From contig NIVC01000040.1 in NCBI GenBank assembly GCA_002269645.1, positions 806,001 to 870,000 on the forward strand: 64,000 nt of DNA, read 5' to 3'. This stretch comes from Macrostomum lignano. Taxonomy: Eukaryota. This document shows positions 22,492 to 35,526 of this stretch, one piece after another; position 1 is the stretch's first letter, and every line of letters starts with the position of its first letter. The notes under the pieces were generated by a model. The model ran no database searches, was not told the DNA's origin, and worked only from the letters and a program-made list of their open reading frames with translations. Position numbers and translations under genes: made by a program.

Positions 22492-25400
22492 CTATAATTT
22501 GGCATTGTTGGACCTCGTCTTGCCAATTCCGGTCCGTAATTTTGAACTGGCAACGGAGGCGCCGCTAATGCTGCCAGTCTCCGAGTCGGAATTGTACTTG
22601 GCGTCCTCCGCGGGCGTCACGCCCAGGATGCGGGCCTGCTGTCGCACGCTGGCCGGCTTGAACCGGTCCGGCGGGGTGGCTCGCTCTATTGTTGCAACAG
22701 TTTTCACGCCCTGTGTGGATGCAAATATAAGATTAAGGCGTATCTCAACTGTCTTTGCTAAGGCCCGTGCCGATCTTGAACTTGAAAATGCTGGCAATAA
22801 ATATTCGAAATATTTTTTTATCCTTTTGGTAAAGAAACAAAAATTTTCTGAATTTCTGAATACTAAACTAACAAACCCGGAGAAAATTCACGAATCCTGA
22901 ATTAACAAACGCTGAGAAAATAAACAAATTCTAAATTAAAAATACTCGGCAGAAAATTCACGAACTCTAAATAACAAACGCAGAGAAAATTCAGAAACCT
23001 TAAATTACAAACTCCGAGACATTTCACGAATCCTAAATTAACTACTATGAAGGAAATCACGAATCCTACATTAACAAACCCGGAAAAAACTCACGAATCT
23101 TGAATTTAAAAAATTCAGAGGAATTAACAAACACGAAAGTAACGTCTTGAAGCTGCGAAGCCTTCGTTCCTTACCCATTCATAGAAAGCGAAGGCGGCAG
23201 CACTGCGCTGTTCAACCTCTTGAGCGTCGATGCCGTCTAGGATCTGCTTGCTTCTGGCAGCGATGCGCGGATCGACGCGGGTCACGTCCAGCGCGTCCAT
23301 GTCGTGCAGGATGGTGCGGAGCAGCGGCTGGCAGCGCTTCCATTTCTGTCTTTTGGGAAACGGGTGGATATAGTTTCAAACCGGTTCTTTTGGGGCAGTA
23401 CATAATAATTTGTTTACCGAGAAGCAGAGAAGAACACATGCAAAAACGTTAAATTGACAAGTCAAGTTTAGAGGCCTGATCTATTTAGGTCTGTCAGAAC
23501 TTGCATGAGGATATGTAACACATTTTGGATGCAGGATCTGTATGAGCTGTAGGTTTCGTAGGACTTTAAGAATCTGTATGACCTGTAGGATTTCGTACGG
23601 TCTGAGGGATCTGTATGACCTGTAGGATTCGTTAGGACTCGAAGGATCTGTATGACCTGAAGTATTCGTTAGGACTCGAAGGATCTGTATGACCTGTAGT
23701 ATTCGTTAGGACTCGAAGGATCTGTATGACCTGTAGGATTTCGTAGGACTCGAAGGATCTGTATGACCTGTAGGATTCGTTAGGACTCGAAGGATCTGTT
23801 TGACCTGTAGGATTTCTTAGGATCTGAGTGACTCTAAATTAGTATCTAAAGAATCAGTCGAATCCCTCGATTTCTTAAAGGACCAAAAGTGAACAACAGT
23901 AAAAACTGGCCGCCAACTCGCCCTAGTCCGCTTCTCGTAGTGTCCGGCCAGCAGCAGCACAGCCTGCACGGCACCGTGGACCGCGTCCTGCGGACTGGAG
24001 TACCGTCTGAGCTCTGTGAGGCTACGCGAGTTCGCTCCCAGTCGGTGCCGCGGCTGCCTCGCGCGCCGATTGTAACGCCACATAGCCTGTCGAGCTGCCG
24101 TCGCCTCCGCCGATACCAGCTTGGCCGCAACCGACGTCTTTGACATCGACGTAGCCGAAATTGAGGTCAGACCGAGATCGTCGAGCTCGCTTAGTAGGCG
24201 ACGAAGCCGATGAACATCAGTCTGTTCGACAGCGCGCTGCAGATCTACATGTAAAAGCGTAGAACGTTTCAGAAGTGTCCCGAATCTATGATTATTATCC
24301 ATTTGGTAGCTAAATACGCGACGCAAAAATATACGTGGAAAGCTAAATTTACCTACTGAATCCAAGTGCACGATTAATTTAGCTGAGTTGCTAACAGGAA
24401 CCAATTAGCCAAGGGACCCAATGGCGTACGCAGGAATTTTAATTGGACGGAGCGCCCCAATTTTTCAGTGTCTGGTTTGACACCCCGATCTTCTAGGTGG
24501 GCGCCTCTGTCTCTTGGTGGGCGCCCCTGTCTTTTGGTGGGTGTCCCTGTCTCTTGGTGGGTGTCCCTGTCTCTTGGTGGGTGTCCCTGTCTCTTGGTGG
24601 GTGTCCCTGTCTCTTGGTGGGTGTCCCTGTCTCTTGGTGGGTGTCCCTGTCTCTTGGTGGGTGTCCCTGTCTCTTGGTGGGTGTCCCTGTCTCTTGGTGG
24701 GCGCCCCTGTCTTTTGGTGGGTGTCCCTGCCTCTTGATGGGTGTCCCTGTCTCTTGGTGGGCGCCCCTGTCTCTTAGTGGGCACCCCTGTCTCTTAGTGG
24801 GCGTCCTTGTCTCTTGGTGGGCGCCCCTGTCTCTTGGTGGGCGCCCCTGTCTCTTGGTTGGCGTTAATCAATGTTAATTTAAAAGTGTTAAAATCTAATA
24901 TTTCTAAACATTAGAAATACCAAATCAGCCTCGGCCTCGGCCATCTCGCCGCCATGTCGCCGTCGTTCCCAACCTCGAGGGCGCCAGGCCACGCGGAGCA
25001 GCTCGACACGTTCAACTGTCTCCTTGACCGTATCGACAGGCACATACAGTTCCGCGGCAGTTGTCGCTTTGTACGGCTCGCCAAAGACGTCTTTGGACGC
25101 GCCTGACGCTGCCGACTCCACCAGACGCTGCCAGTTCGGCTGCGGCTGCTGCCGCCAGGCGGCTCCGTCGGCGTCGTCGGCGCCGCAGTCGGCTGCCACC
25201 AAGAACTGACAGACGGGCCGGTCGCGCAGACGCAACACCAGAGCGAATTGGCCGCCGCCGGCCGGTGCGTAAAAATGTACACCGAGTCTGGACAGGTAGG
25301 CCGTGCCGGGAGGGGTCAGACGATCACCCTGCTGGTAGACACGGCAGGTGAGCCTCAGGTAGCCATCACCGTCAATGTGCATCAATGCGACGGCCGCTTC

Positions 25401-28400
25401 ACCATTTGATGCCGATAGTTCACCGTTGGCAATGTCGCAGCCGAGCTCTAGACTGCCACCTGTAGCGGTGTTTCTCGTCGATATGTAACTGTGATTTCGT
25501 AGTGTGGTCGTCATTAAAGATACTCTCTAGAGTATTGTGAGAATTGTGGTCTAATTGGTACTGATCTAGCTGTAGGAACTGTGGTCTAATTGGTACTGAT
25601 CTAGCTGTAGGAACTGTGGTCTAATTGGTACTGATCTAGCTGTGGGAACTGTGGTCTAATTGGTACTGATCTAGCTGTGGGAACTGTGGTCTAATTGGTA
25701 CTGATCTAGCTGTGGGAACTGTGGTCTAATTGATACTGATCTAGCTGTAGGAACTGTGGTCTAATTGGTACTGATCTAGCTGTGGGAACTGTGGTCTAAT
25801 TGGTACTGATCTAGCTGTGGGAACTGTGGTCTAATTGATACTGATCTAGCTGTGGGAACTGTGGTCTAATTGGTACTGATCTAGCTGTGGGAACTGTGGT
25901 CTAATTGATACTGATCTAGCTGTAGGAACTGTGGTCTAATTGGTACTGATCTAGCTGTGGGAACTGTGGTCTAATTGGTACTGATCTAGCTGTGGGAACT
26001 GTGGTCTAATTGATACTGATCTAGCTGTAGGAACTGTGGTCTAATTGGTACTGATCTAGCTGTGGGAACTGTGGTCTAATTGGTACTGATCTAGCTGTGG
26101 GAACTGTGGTCTAATTGGTACTGATCTAGCTGTGGGAACTGTGGTCTAATTGATACTGATCTAGCTGTGGGAACTGTGGTCTAATTGGTACTGATCTAGC
26201 TGTGGGAACTGTGGTCTAATTGGTACTGATCTAGCTGTGGGAACTGTGGTCTAATTGATACTGATCTAGCTGTAGGAACTGTGGTCTAATTGGTACTGAT
26301 CTAGCTGTGGGAACTGTGGTCTAATTGGTACTGATCTAGCTGTGGGAACTGTGGTCTAATTGATACTGATCTAGCTGTAGGAACTGTGGTCTAATTGATA
26401 CTGATCTAGCTGTGGGAACTGTGGTCTAATTGATACTGATCTAGCTGTGGGAACTGTGGTCTAATTGATACTGATCTAGCTGTGGGAACTGTGGTCTAAT
26501 TGATACTGATCTAGCTGTAGGAACTGTGGTCTAATTGGTACTGATCTAGCTGTGGGAACTGTGGTCTAATTGGTACTGATCTAGCTGTGGGAACTGTGGT
26601 CTAATTGGTACTGATCTAGCTGTGGGAACTGTGGTCTAATTGGTACTGATCTAGCTGTGGGAACTGTGGTCTAATTGATACTGATCTAGCTGTAGGAACT
26701 GTGGTCTAATTGGTACTGATCTAGCTGTGGGAACTGTGGTCTAATTGGTACTGATCTAGCTGTGGGAACTGTGGTCTAATTGATACTGATCTAGCTGTAG
26801 GAACTGTGGTCTAATTGGTACTGATCTAGCTGTGGGAACTGTGGTCTAATTGGTACTGATCTAGCTGTGGGAACTGTGGTCTAATTGGTACTGATCTAGC
26901 TGTGGGAACTGTGGTCTAATTGATACTGATCTAGCTGTGGGAACTGTGGTCTAATTGGTACTGATCTAGCTGTGGGAACTGTGGTCTAATTGGTACTGAT
27001 CTAGCTGTGGGAACTGTGGTCTAATTGATACTGATCTAGCTGTAGGAACTGTGGTCTAATTGGTACTGATCTAGCTGTGGGAACTGTGGTCTAATTGGTA
27101 CTGATCTAGCTGTGGGAACTGTGGTCTAATTGATACTGATCTAGCTGTAGGAACTGTGGTCTAATTGATACTGATCTAGCTGTGGGAACTGTGGTCTAAT
27201 TGATACTGATCTAGCTGTGGGAACTGTGGTCTAATTGATACTGATCTAGCTGTGGGAACTGTGGTCTAATTGGTACTGATCTAGCTGTGGGAACTGTGGT
27301 CTAATTGATACTGATCTAGCTGTGGGAACTGTGGTCTAATTGGTACTGATCTAGCTGTGGGAACTGTGGTCTAATTGGTACTGATCTAGCTGTGGGAACT
27401 GTGGTCTAATTGATACTGATCTAGCTGTGGGAACTGTGGTCTAATTGGTACTGATCTAGCTGTGGGAACTGTGGTCTAATTGATACTGATCTAGCTGTGG
27501 GAACTGTGGTCTAATTGGTACTGATCTAGCTGTGGGAACTGTGGTCTAATTGATACTGATCTAGCTGTAGGAACTGTGGTCTAATTGGTACTGATCTAGC
27601 TGTGGGAACTGTGGTCTAGTTGTAGGGTCAGAAGGGTCAAACCTGAACTGTCACTCCTGGGCGGTCCAAACTCGGACAGCTCGCCAGACGGGAACCCGCA
27701 ACCGCCGTCGCCGCTCCCGCACCCTACTGGGCAATGCAGCACAAAGCCGACAAAGCAATCGTCATATTGATAGTCATCGTCTTCCGTTAACAGCCGAATC
27801 TCCAAGTAGAATTTGCCTGGCCAAGGCGGCTCCACCTTGAATTTCAGCACGCCGTCGCGATCGGTGCGAATTGGCCGGCTGACGCTGCAGTCGCCCGGCT
27901 GACGGCCGTCGATGGTGTTCGACAGACAGCGAAGGACGCTCGTGTAGCGACAGGACAGGTGACGCCTTTGATGAGTCTCTCGTAGCTCCAACTCGAGCAG
28001 CTCGCCCGGCCGGCCAAGGACAACATTCCACGGCCAGTTAAGGACGGCTAATCGGCCAGAGTGGCGCTCGAACTCCCCAGCCGTGCCACCGGCGAGGTAA
28101 ACGGGCATCCGGTCGAACTCCGACTTGGTGAGCGGTCGGGCGAGCAGCTGCCAGACGGCTGGTGAATCGGTACTTTTATCGTCGCTATTAGCATCAAGCT
28201 GGCAGGGCAGGTGGGTGATGACGAACTGCTCCGGGTCGGTCAGGAAGAAGAACTCCCTGGAGTCTGTGTCGGCCGCCATCGCCGCCCAGTCAATGTCAAC
28301 CAGTCGCCATTCGCCTCGCACAAAACAGGCAAACCAGCTGCCGCCCACCGGGGTGCGAAAGCCGGGGGCCAAGCCGGCACCCTTCTTGTACCCGAGAACT

Positions 28401-31041
28401 CGTTGGAACGGAATGCCAGCCTCGCTGCGTGGGTATGCGAAAGTTGATTTTCTACTTAGTCCCTTTTCATATTACCGATTCCAGAACCAGAATTGGTTCG
28501 GAATTCCAAGAAAAACAGCAGTATAACTATTTAACTCTGTTAATATTTGACTGCCTTAACAACCTCCCTTAGCACAATTTTTCACTTTCTTCGTGGCGAT
28601 TGTCATTCAATAATATAAACTTTATAGCACGTATCTCCCTCTAGTTATGGAGACAAAAAGTTATACTTCACAAATTGGTTCTGGTTCTGGAACCAGAATA
28701 AGCAATATGAAAAGGCCCTTAGTCTGATGATCAAACAGCTATTTTAAGCATTTCCATAATCTTAAACTGAAGTCACGTGCACAAGACTATCAGTGATTTG
28801 CGTCTAGATCAAGCACGTTAATTACCAACCTGAGCAGTTTGGCAAACACCTCAGAGTGTCTGTCCTCTCCCGTGGAGCCAGTCGATTCCTCCATCCGTCG
28901 CAGAGTCCGATAGACCGGCATTTGAAGTTCCGACTCCGTCTTGACGAGTCTCCCAGGCCTGTTGCTGACTGCGCACACAAACCCGAACGCCGCTCTCAAT
29001 CGTTCGAGGTCGCCGCTGCATCTTCCGTACAGACGTTGGCACAAGCTTGCCCAGCTGTCATCTGGCTGCGGCAACTCCTCAGCTGACTGAGCGTCAATTG
29101 TCACAATGTCCGCTGGCTGTTTTTGAAACTGCAGTAGCAGCTCAGCCTTGGTGCGCCGCGGCGGGAACGGAGGCGTTGGTGGCTGCCGGACGTCGTCAAG
29201 CTGCTGCTGGTCCTCTCTGGGCGGCTGTCCCAGCTTGCGTTGGCTTGTAGCCAGGCTCTGCGGCGTCGGGTACTGGCCTGACTGCAGCCGCTCACGAACA
29301 GAGCTCCAGTCGTCTAATGCGTAGTCCTGCGGAGATTATTAATTTTTAGACTAATTAGCCTAAAATTACCGATGGAGTCATCAAACAAAAGCAATTTTTA
29401 CTAGATGGTAGCTATTTTTCTAAATCGATTTGAAGGCTGGTTTAAGCAAATCTATTTGATACTTGATGGGAAATGTTTTATAAAGATTAAACCAAATTCC
29501 TCAAAACAATCGTAGCAGCTTTTCATAGTAAAATTAAATTTACACCGTCGTCGAAGTTTACAGTCGTCGAAACTCGACTGAGGACAAGGCACGCCTGAGA
29601 CCCTAAAAAAAAGCCAAAAACGTTCGCTCGCAATGAACCAGAGACATTCACCCAAGATGAAATCAGAGACGTTCCCTCGAGACGAACCAGAGACGTTCCC
29701 TCGAGACGAACCAGAGACGTTCCCTCGAGACGAACCAGAGACGTTCCCTCGAGACGAACCAGAGACGTTCCCTCGAGACGAACCAGAGACGTTCCCTCGA
29801 GACGAACCAGAGACGTTCCCTCGAGACGAACCAGAGACGTTCCCTCGAGACGAACCAGAGACGTTCCCTCGAGACGAACCAGAGACGTTGTCTCGAGACG
29901 AAATCAGAGACGTTGTCTCGAGACGAACCAGAGACATTCACTCGAAACGAAATCAGAGACGTTCACTCGAGACGAACCAGAGACGTTCACTCGAGATAAA
30001 ATCAGAGAGGTTCCCTCGAGACGAAATCAAAGACGTTCACTCGCGATGAACCAGACGATCACCAGACGTTCACTCGAGACGATCACCAGACGTTCACTTA
30101 AGACGAAATCAGAGACGTTCACGTACTCGAGACGAACCAGACGATCGATCACCAGACGTTCACTCGAGACGAACCAGACGATCGATCACCAGACGTTCAC
30201 TCGAGACGAACCAGACGATCGATCACCAGACGTTCAGTCGAGACGATCACCAGACGTTCACTCAAGACGAAATCAGACACGTTCACTCGAGACGACAGAT
30301 AGTGACTCATTCGCTTTCTTGGAAGGAACTACATGTACTGTACATGCATGGGCTAACTTACAACAATGATTAAATCCAGCTTCTAGGATCGATAGTGCTG
30401 GCTTCATGAACCATCTAGCAATCTAGTGACCCCCTTCGGGGCGCGCAATTAGCAAGGAGCAAAAATTATTCATGGAAAACAATTCAAAGGCACATATCCT
30501 TAAGAACCAATTCCTTCTTCAGTTTTCTAAATCAATCTTATTCGAGTAAAGCAAGCATCCTGCAGATAGCAAGCATCCCCCAGATAGCAAGCATCCCCCA
30601 GATAGCAAGCATCCCCCAGATAACAAGTATCCCCCAGATAGCAAGCATTCACCCAGATAGCAAGCACCCCTGGATAGAAAGAATCCCATACATGAAGATA
30701 CATGTAGCCAGTACCCCGTGTCCCAAATAGCAAGTACACCCTGCCCCTCGAGAGCAAGCATCCCCCGATAGTAAACATATACCTGATGATTAGAAAGTCA
30801 AAGGGCCGCTGTACACCCGTGCGAGCGTGTGTGTGAGTGCGGGCCTGTGTACAGTATTGGGGCGCTTGTATGTGCTCTCAGCACTGGTTAATTTCGGGAC
30901 AATGTCGCCAAAGACGTTGAGACGGGGGTGCCTGCAGTCCTACTACAATTATTATCTTTAGTGCGAACTAACCTGCAGCGGAATCTCAGCTTCCGTCGGC
31001 CGGTAATGTCGATAGTAGCTCAGAGTTTCCAGGAAAGACAT
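22492..31041 (-). CDS. Hillarin/LTD-1/KY-like protein (~860 aa): degenerate transglutaminase-like domain, Ig-like domains, C-terminal dynein-MTBD-like module
   Basis: complement(join(22492..22710,23175..23345,23922..~24236,~24921..25459,27643..28424,28830..29326,30973..31041)); phases consistent except the exon 4/5 junction, which is ambiguous (24236 vs 24244 acceptor). Motifs EVFAKLLSEAGIPFQRVLGYKKGAG, SWFACFVRGEWRLVDIDWAA, EFFFLTDPEQFVITHLP, WQLLARP, FKVEPPWPGKFYLEI. Confidence 0.8.
23570..23825. repeat. ~36-bp minisatellite (intronic)
   Basis: GGATCTGTATGACCTGTAGGATTCGTTAGGACTCGAA-like units. Confidence 0.9.
24495..24860. repeat. 20-bp minisatellite GTGTCCCTGTCTCTTGGTGG (intronic)
   Basis: Direct tandem copies. 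Confidence 0.95.
25545..27618. repeat. 35-bp minisatellite, ~59 near-identical copies (intronic)
   Basis: GAACTGTGGTCTAATTG(G/A)TACTGATCTAGCTGT(G/A)G, no spacers. Confidence 0.98.
28459..28718. mobile_element. Tourist/PIF-Harbinger-like MITE (~260 bp) with TTA target-site duplication, in intron
   Basis: TTA|GTCCCTTTTCATATT...AATATGAAAAGGCCC|TTA; 10/12 terminal inverted match plus inverted subterminal CCAGAACCAG/CTGGTTCTGG. Confidence 0.65.
29660..30295. repeat. 24-bp minisatellite GAGACGTTCCCTCGAGACGAACCA decaying into shorter variants (intronic)
   Basis: Direct tandem copies in intron 1 of the hillarin-like gene. Confidence 0.95.
30550..30775. repeat. ~20-bp minisatellite GATAGCAAGCATCCCCCA
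   Basis: Direct tandem copies. Confidence 0.85.
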
Positions 31042-31933
31042 CTCAGAATGCTCTCTCTCGATCGCTCTCTCTCTCTCTCTCTCTCTCACCGAAGTTCTCC
31101 TTCCGTTAGTAGAGTTTTCTAAACATTTTGGTTGCTAAGCATAAACGCCTGACTTAAAAAAATTTAAGTAAGGAGCCACGTGTGTGCATGGCTAAGGAGC
31201 AATGCTAACACGCTCGTACTCACCAGAGCCAGTGAAATTCTTCGCAGATTCTTAGCTGTTCTTAGATTTCTTTGCCTCGGGCCTTCTGAGCCCCTGTAGT
31301 GGCTGCAAGACTGCAGCATAGGGAGGCCGCATTGGCTTATCTGGTTTTAACTTTGCATTTTTCCTTCTCTATACTTGCAGCATTTCGTTAAAAATGTCAC
31401 TTCTCTGTACTCTGCAATGTACAGGCACCAGCTATTTTATACTCTGTATAATAGTATTTAGTGAGTCTTTAGTGATACAAAAGCTTTATCGCCTATTTTC
31501 GTCCAAAATCATGAGAAAGCAATTAAAGTCCATGTCGATGATTTAACAACCAATTAATTAGTGGTGCGAAATTAACAATGGAATTTTGCAGCACCTGTTT
31601 CGCGACGGTGTGACACAAATCAGGGAGCTGTTTTGATATGAATTAGCGCATTTTGTGGCATTATCAAAAGGGATATTGTTGGCTTGTGACACCAATTTAG
31701 GTCTCCAATTATCCTAATGGAATGCAATATCAAAAGAAGCGTTTAAAAGTGCTTTTATCTTTTTAACATTACACGCAAATAGCATTTCAATAAAATCCGA
31801 GTTTGTTGAAATGTTTTGTTAAACACGCCAGGAGACCTAAACTTTTACCAGAAAAAGCAGATCTGCAACAACCATCCAAGGTAAATCACAATTATGATCT
31901 TATAACTATACATGTTAGGTATGTAGGTCAAGG

Positions 31934-34900
31934 TCACATTTTCGACTCAGCTGTAGACGCATTGCCAGATCCTTGATTCGTCAAGTGACCATTGCCTTTT
32001 GCGTGCTCTGCGACCTCCTGTAGCTTCTGTTGCTCCTGCAGCTGCTCATTCTCTGCTTCTGGATCACCGGTCAGAGCCGACTCAACCCGCCTGAGCGCTG
32101 CTATGCCTGTCAGCCAGACATGGGATCGGCAGAACCCTGCCATAGTTGCCAACGCCAGGAAAAAAGCGCTGCACAATAGCCAACCGATGCAGAAGCACTG
32201 GATGCTGAGCGGTTGTAGCAGCAGACTGCACGACAGGCGCACAGCATCGGCGTAAATCTGGTGCAAGCTGCCGCATCGAACTACGGAGCTGAGGAATTTG
32301 GCGCCGATGTGTTTGCCAATCTGCATTGACTCAGCCAGAGTGCCCAACATGATGTGCCGCTTGTATTCCGAGGCCGCCGTCTGCACCCACAGAGTTCGGT
32401 TCAACAGGTACACATCCACAGCCTGCGGTGGGATGACGCAGTTTTTCTTAGAATGCGTTTTCATTTGTGAATCTGGTTTAAATACTCGTTCGAGCTGGGA
32501 CAATGGACTATGGAATTCTGAGGACCCGGTGGAATGCTGAGGACCCGATGAAATGCTGAGGACCCGATAGAATGCTGAGGACCCGATGGAATGCTGAGGC
32601 TCCAATGGAATGCTGAGGACCCGATGGAATGCTGAGGCTCCAATGGAATGCTGAGGACCCGATGGAATGCTGAGGACCCGATGGAATGCTGGGGCTCCAA
32701 TGGAATGCTGAGGACCCGATGGAATGCTGAGGACCCGATGGAATATTGCTCAGGACCCGATGGAATATTGCTGAGGACCGATGGAATGCTTAGGGACCGA
32801 TGGAATGCTCTGAAGATTCGATGGAATGCTGAGGACCCGATGGAATGCTGAGGCTCCAATGGAATGCTGAGGACCCGATGGAATGCTGAGGCTCCAATGG
32901 AATGCTGAGGACCCGATGGAATTCTGAGGACCCGATGGAATGCTGAGGACCCGATGGAATGCAGAGGACCCGATGGAAAGCTCTGAGGACCCGATGGAAT
33001 GCTGAGGACCCGATGGAATGCAGAGGACCCGATGGAAAGCTCTGAGGACCCGATGGAATGCTGAGGACCCGATGGAATGCTGAGGACCCGATGGAATGCT
33101 GAGGACCCGATGGAATGCTTAGGGACCGATGGAATGCTGAGGACCCGATAGAATGCTGAGGACCCGATGGAATGCTGAGGCTCCAATGGAATGCTGAGGA
33201 CCCGATGGAATGCTGAGGACTTCATGGAATGCTGAGGACCCGATGGAATGCTCTGAGGATCCGATGGAAAGCCGAGATTCTAGTCGTTGTCACTTCTAAT
33301 ACAGGTGTATACATGATACTGCTAAATGCTTCATACCTGATTTCGCACAATCACTTCTTCAATGACAGCGTTGACGTCTTTCTCAGATTCCAGAGTCAGC
33401 ATCATGCCGCCGACCTCGTTAGCGTAGCGTCGCAAGTAGTCGACCGCAAGCAGACTACGGGCTGCGTTTCGAGAATTCATCGTCGACAACTGTTTGACGC
33501 TACTCTCCGATTCTGGCAGCAGTTTGTCCACGCGCTCGTTGAGTCGGCTGAACTCATTTAGCTGGACCTCGAGCTCTGCTGCCGAGACTGCTCGAGGCTT
33601 GAGCCTTCGTTGTAACTCGACGAAATCGGTGGACGTGTAGGTGCGAAAGAACGGCTTGAGGTTCTGCAGGTCCTCCGTTACTTTCTCGTCGCGCAGCTGG
33701 TCCAAGTTGACTGTCTGCATCTCTCTGATCAGAATGGCGAGTCCTTTGGCCTGGAACTGCTTAGTCTCGGCTGTCTTATCCAACACTGCTTCATCGATGT
33801 ATCGATCGGCCCCCAATGCAGTTAGCAGTGGCAGATTGCTTTTGCACGAGTGCTGCAAGGCGTACTGAATCGAACCCACAGCAGTGATGGGGATTTCAGT
33901 GGCGTTCGGATCGCCAGCGCTCCGGGCGCGCAGCTCCTCAAGAACGCCGTTCACTTCCGGCACGAGAAATTCATCCGCCTTGGACTGATTCCCCGACGAC
34001 CGGGTGTCCCACAGGTAGCGACAGGCCTCGGCCTGCACAAAAGCAGTTGCTGTAGACATTGCCGCGTTGAGAACGATGGCCAGTCCAATAAGTATGAAGC
34101 TGCATAGGTACAGGGTTCCAACAAAGTATCTGGTCCGGGAACCAGTTTTTTTGGATTTGAGCACGAACGGGGCAACCCCAGTCGCCAGGGCAATCATCGA
34201 GATGAAGAACAGCATCAGCAGAAACAGGGTGATACCGAATCTCGCACTCTCCGGACCGGACGTCCAGTTGGTGTATTGGCTGGAGAACTGTTTCCGGAGT
34301 TCTCCAAGACCTTCTCTACCTGTGCTAAGCTGAATTTCCATCTCGATTAGCTGCGACTCAATTGAATCGATGAGGAAGGCTGTTGAGTTCAGCTCCCGGT
34401 CAAATACGGCGCTGATGTTAGCGTTCATCTCATCCCCGATACGAAGCTTTTGTCGGCGAATCTCCTGCTGACGAGCTGGCGTGTTACCGCTACCGTCCAG
34501 GGCGCCCACGAGCTGGTAAACTAGCTTCGTGATGTTCTTGGCGTGTGTCTCCAAGCTGCTTGACTTCCTCTCGCCGCTTGACGAAGATGCGTTGACTGTT
34601 TTCCAGTCATTTCGAACTGCCTGCACCGCTAAAACGAGCTGCATTGCTGCCTGGCTATGGTTCGAACACAGGCCGTCGGTACCGTTGTAGTACCTCCGGC
34701 AGGTGTCTTCGTAAGCAAAGAACTGAACGTTCTTCAGATCACTCAGAGCCGACTGCAAAATCTCCATGGCGATGCTGAGATTCTTTCCCGAATAGTAAAA
34801 ATCGCTCATTCGACGAAGCAGCTCGTCGGAGACGGCCAACAGCTGTGCGGCTCCCGTCGACCGTTTGAAGGCGGTCTCGTACGCGACCTGAGCTCGAGAC

Positions 34901-35526
34901 TTGAGCTGGTCGGTGAGTCGCTGAGCCTCTAGAATCACCGGGGCTGCCTCCGAGTGAATCTGGTCGCCGAGACCGGCCATGAAGGCATCCACCTTGCCCA
35001 GTAGGCGGTCCACGCTGCTCGACAGGCTGTCCTCCTTGTGCCCGTCAGACCCAGCTGTCAGGCTATGATGCAACCGAAAGTTCGCAGCCGAGGCCAGGAT
35101 CAGCGGCATGAGAGTGACAATCAGCAGCAGCAGGCAGAGCACCGCCAGACTGCAGGACACGGACTTGGCCCGTCCCGACTCCCGAATCTGCCTCCGACGC
35201 AGCGCCGTCATCGACGCGTACGATCCCGGCCTGCTACGCTCCTCCCTGTCGCGTCGGACAGTCCGCCAGGCGCAGCCGAAGATGCACAGACCGAACAGCA
35301 GCATTAGAATCGAGCTGACGCCCGCCAGAATCAGCATTGCCAGGCTGCCACCGGCGAAGACGCGGCCGGGCAGGTCAGCGAGCAGGGCATCGAGAGCGGC
35401 CCCTGTTCCATTGTTCGTCAGCGTCTGCAGCAGGCGTTGCTTGCCAATCAGACGGAACAGACCGCCGTCGAAGGGCCGACCGCTGTTGAATAAAGCGATG
35501 GCAGAGTTGTGGACTGCGGTCTCCAT
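31934..35526 (-). CDS. Prominin-like pentaspan membrane glycoprotein, ~892 aa, 2 coding exons
   Basis: complement(join(31934..32422,33337..35526)), phase 0. TM1-Cys/basic loop-TM2, large loop, TM3-TM4 then QAEACRYL, large loop, CGSLHQIYADAVRLSCSLLLQPL...CIGW TM5. The 5' end may be incomplete. Confidence 0.8.
32515..33270. repeat. ~19-20-bp minisatellite GATGGAATGCTGAGGACCC in prominin intron
   Basis: Direct tandem copies. Confidence 0.95.

Noticed and set aside
25545-27618. CRISPR-like appearance of the 35-bp array
   Set aside because: Units are contiguous with no unique spacers; no cas genes; eukaryotic intron.
29633-30049. Plus-strand ORF of EPETFPRD repeats
   Set aside because: Translation of a 24-bp intronic minisatellite antisense to the hillarin-like gene; no splice or start context.
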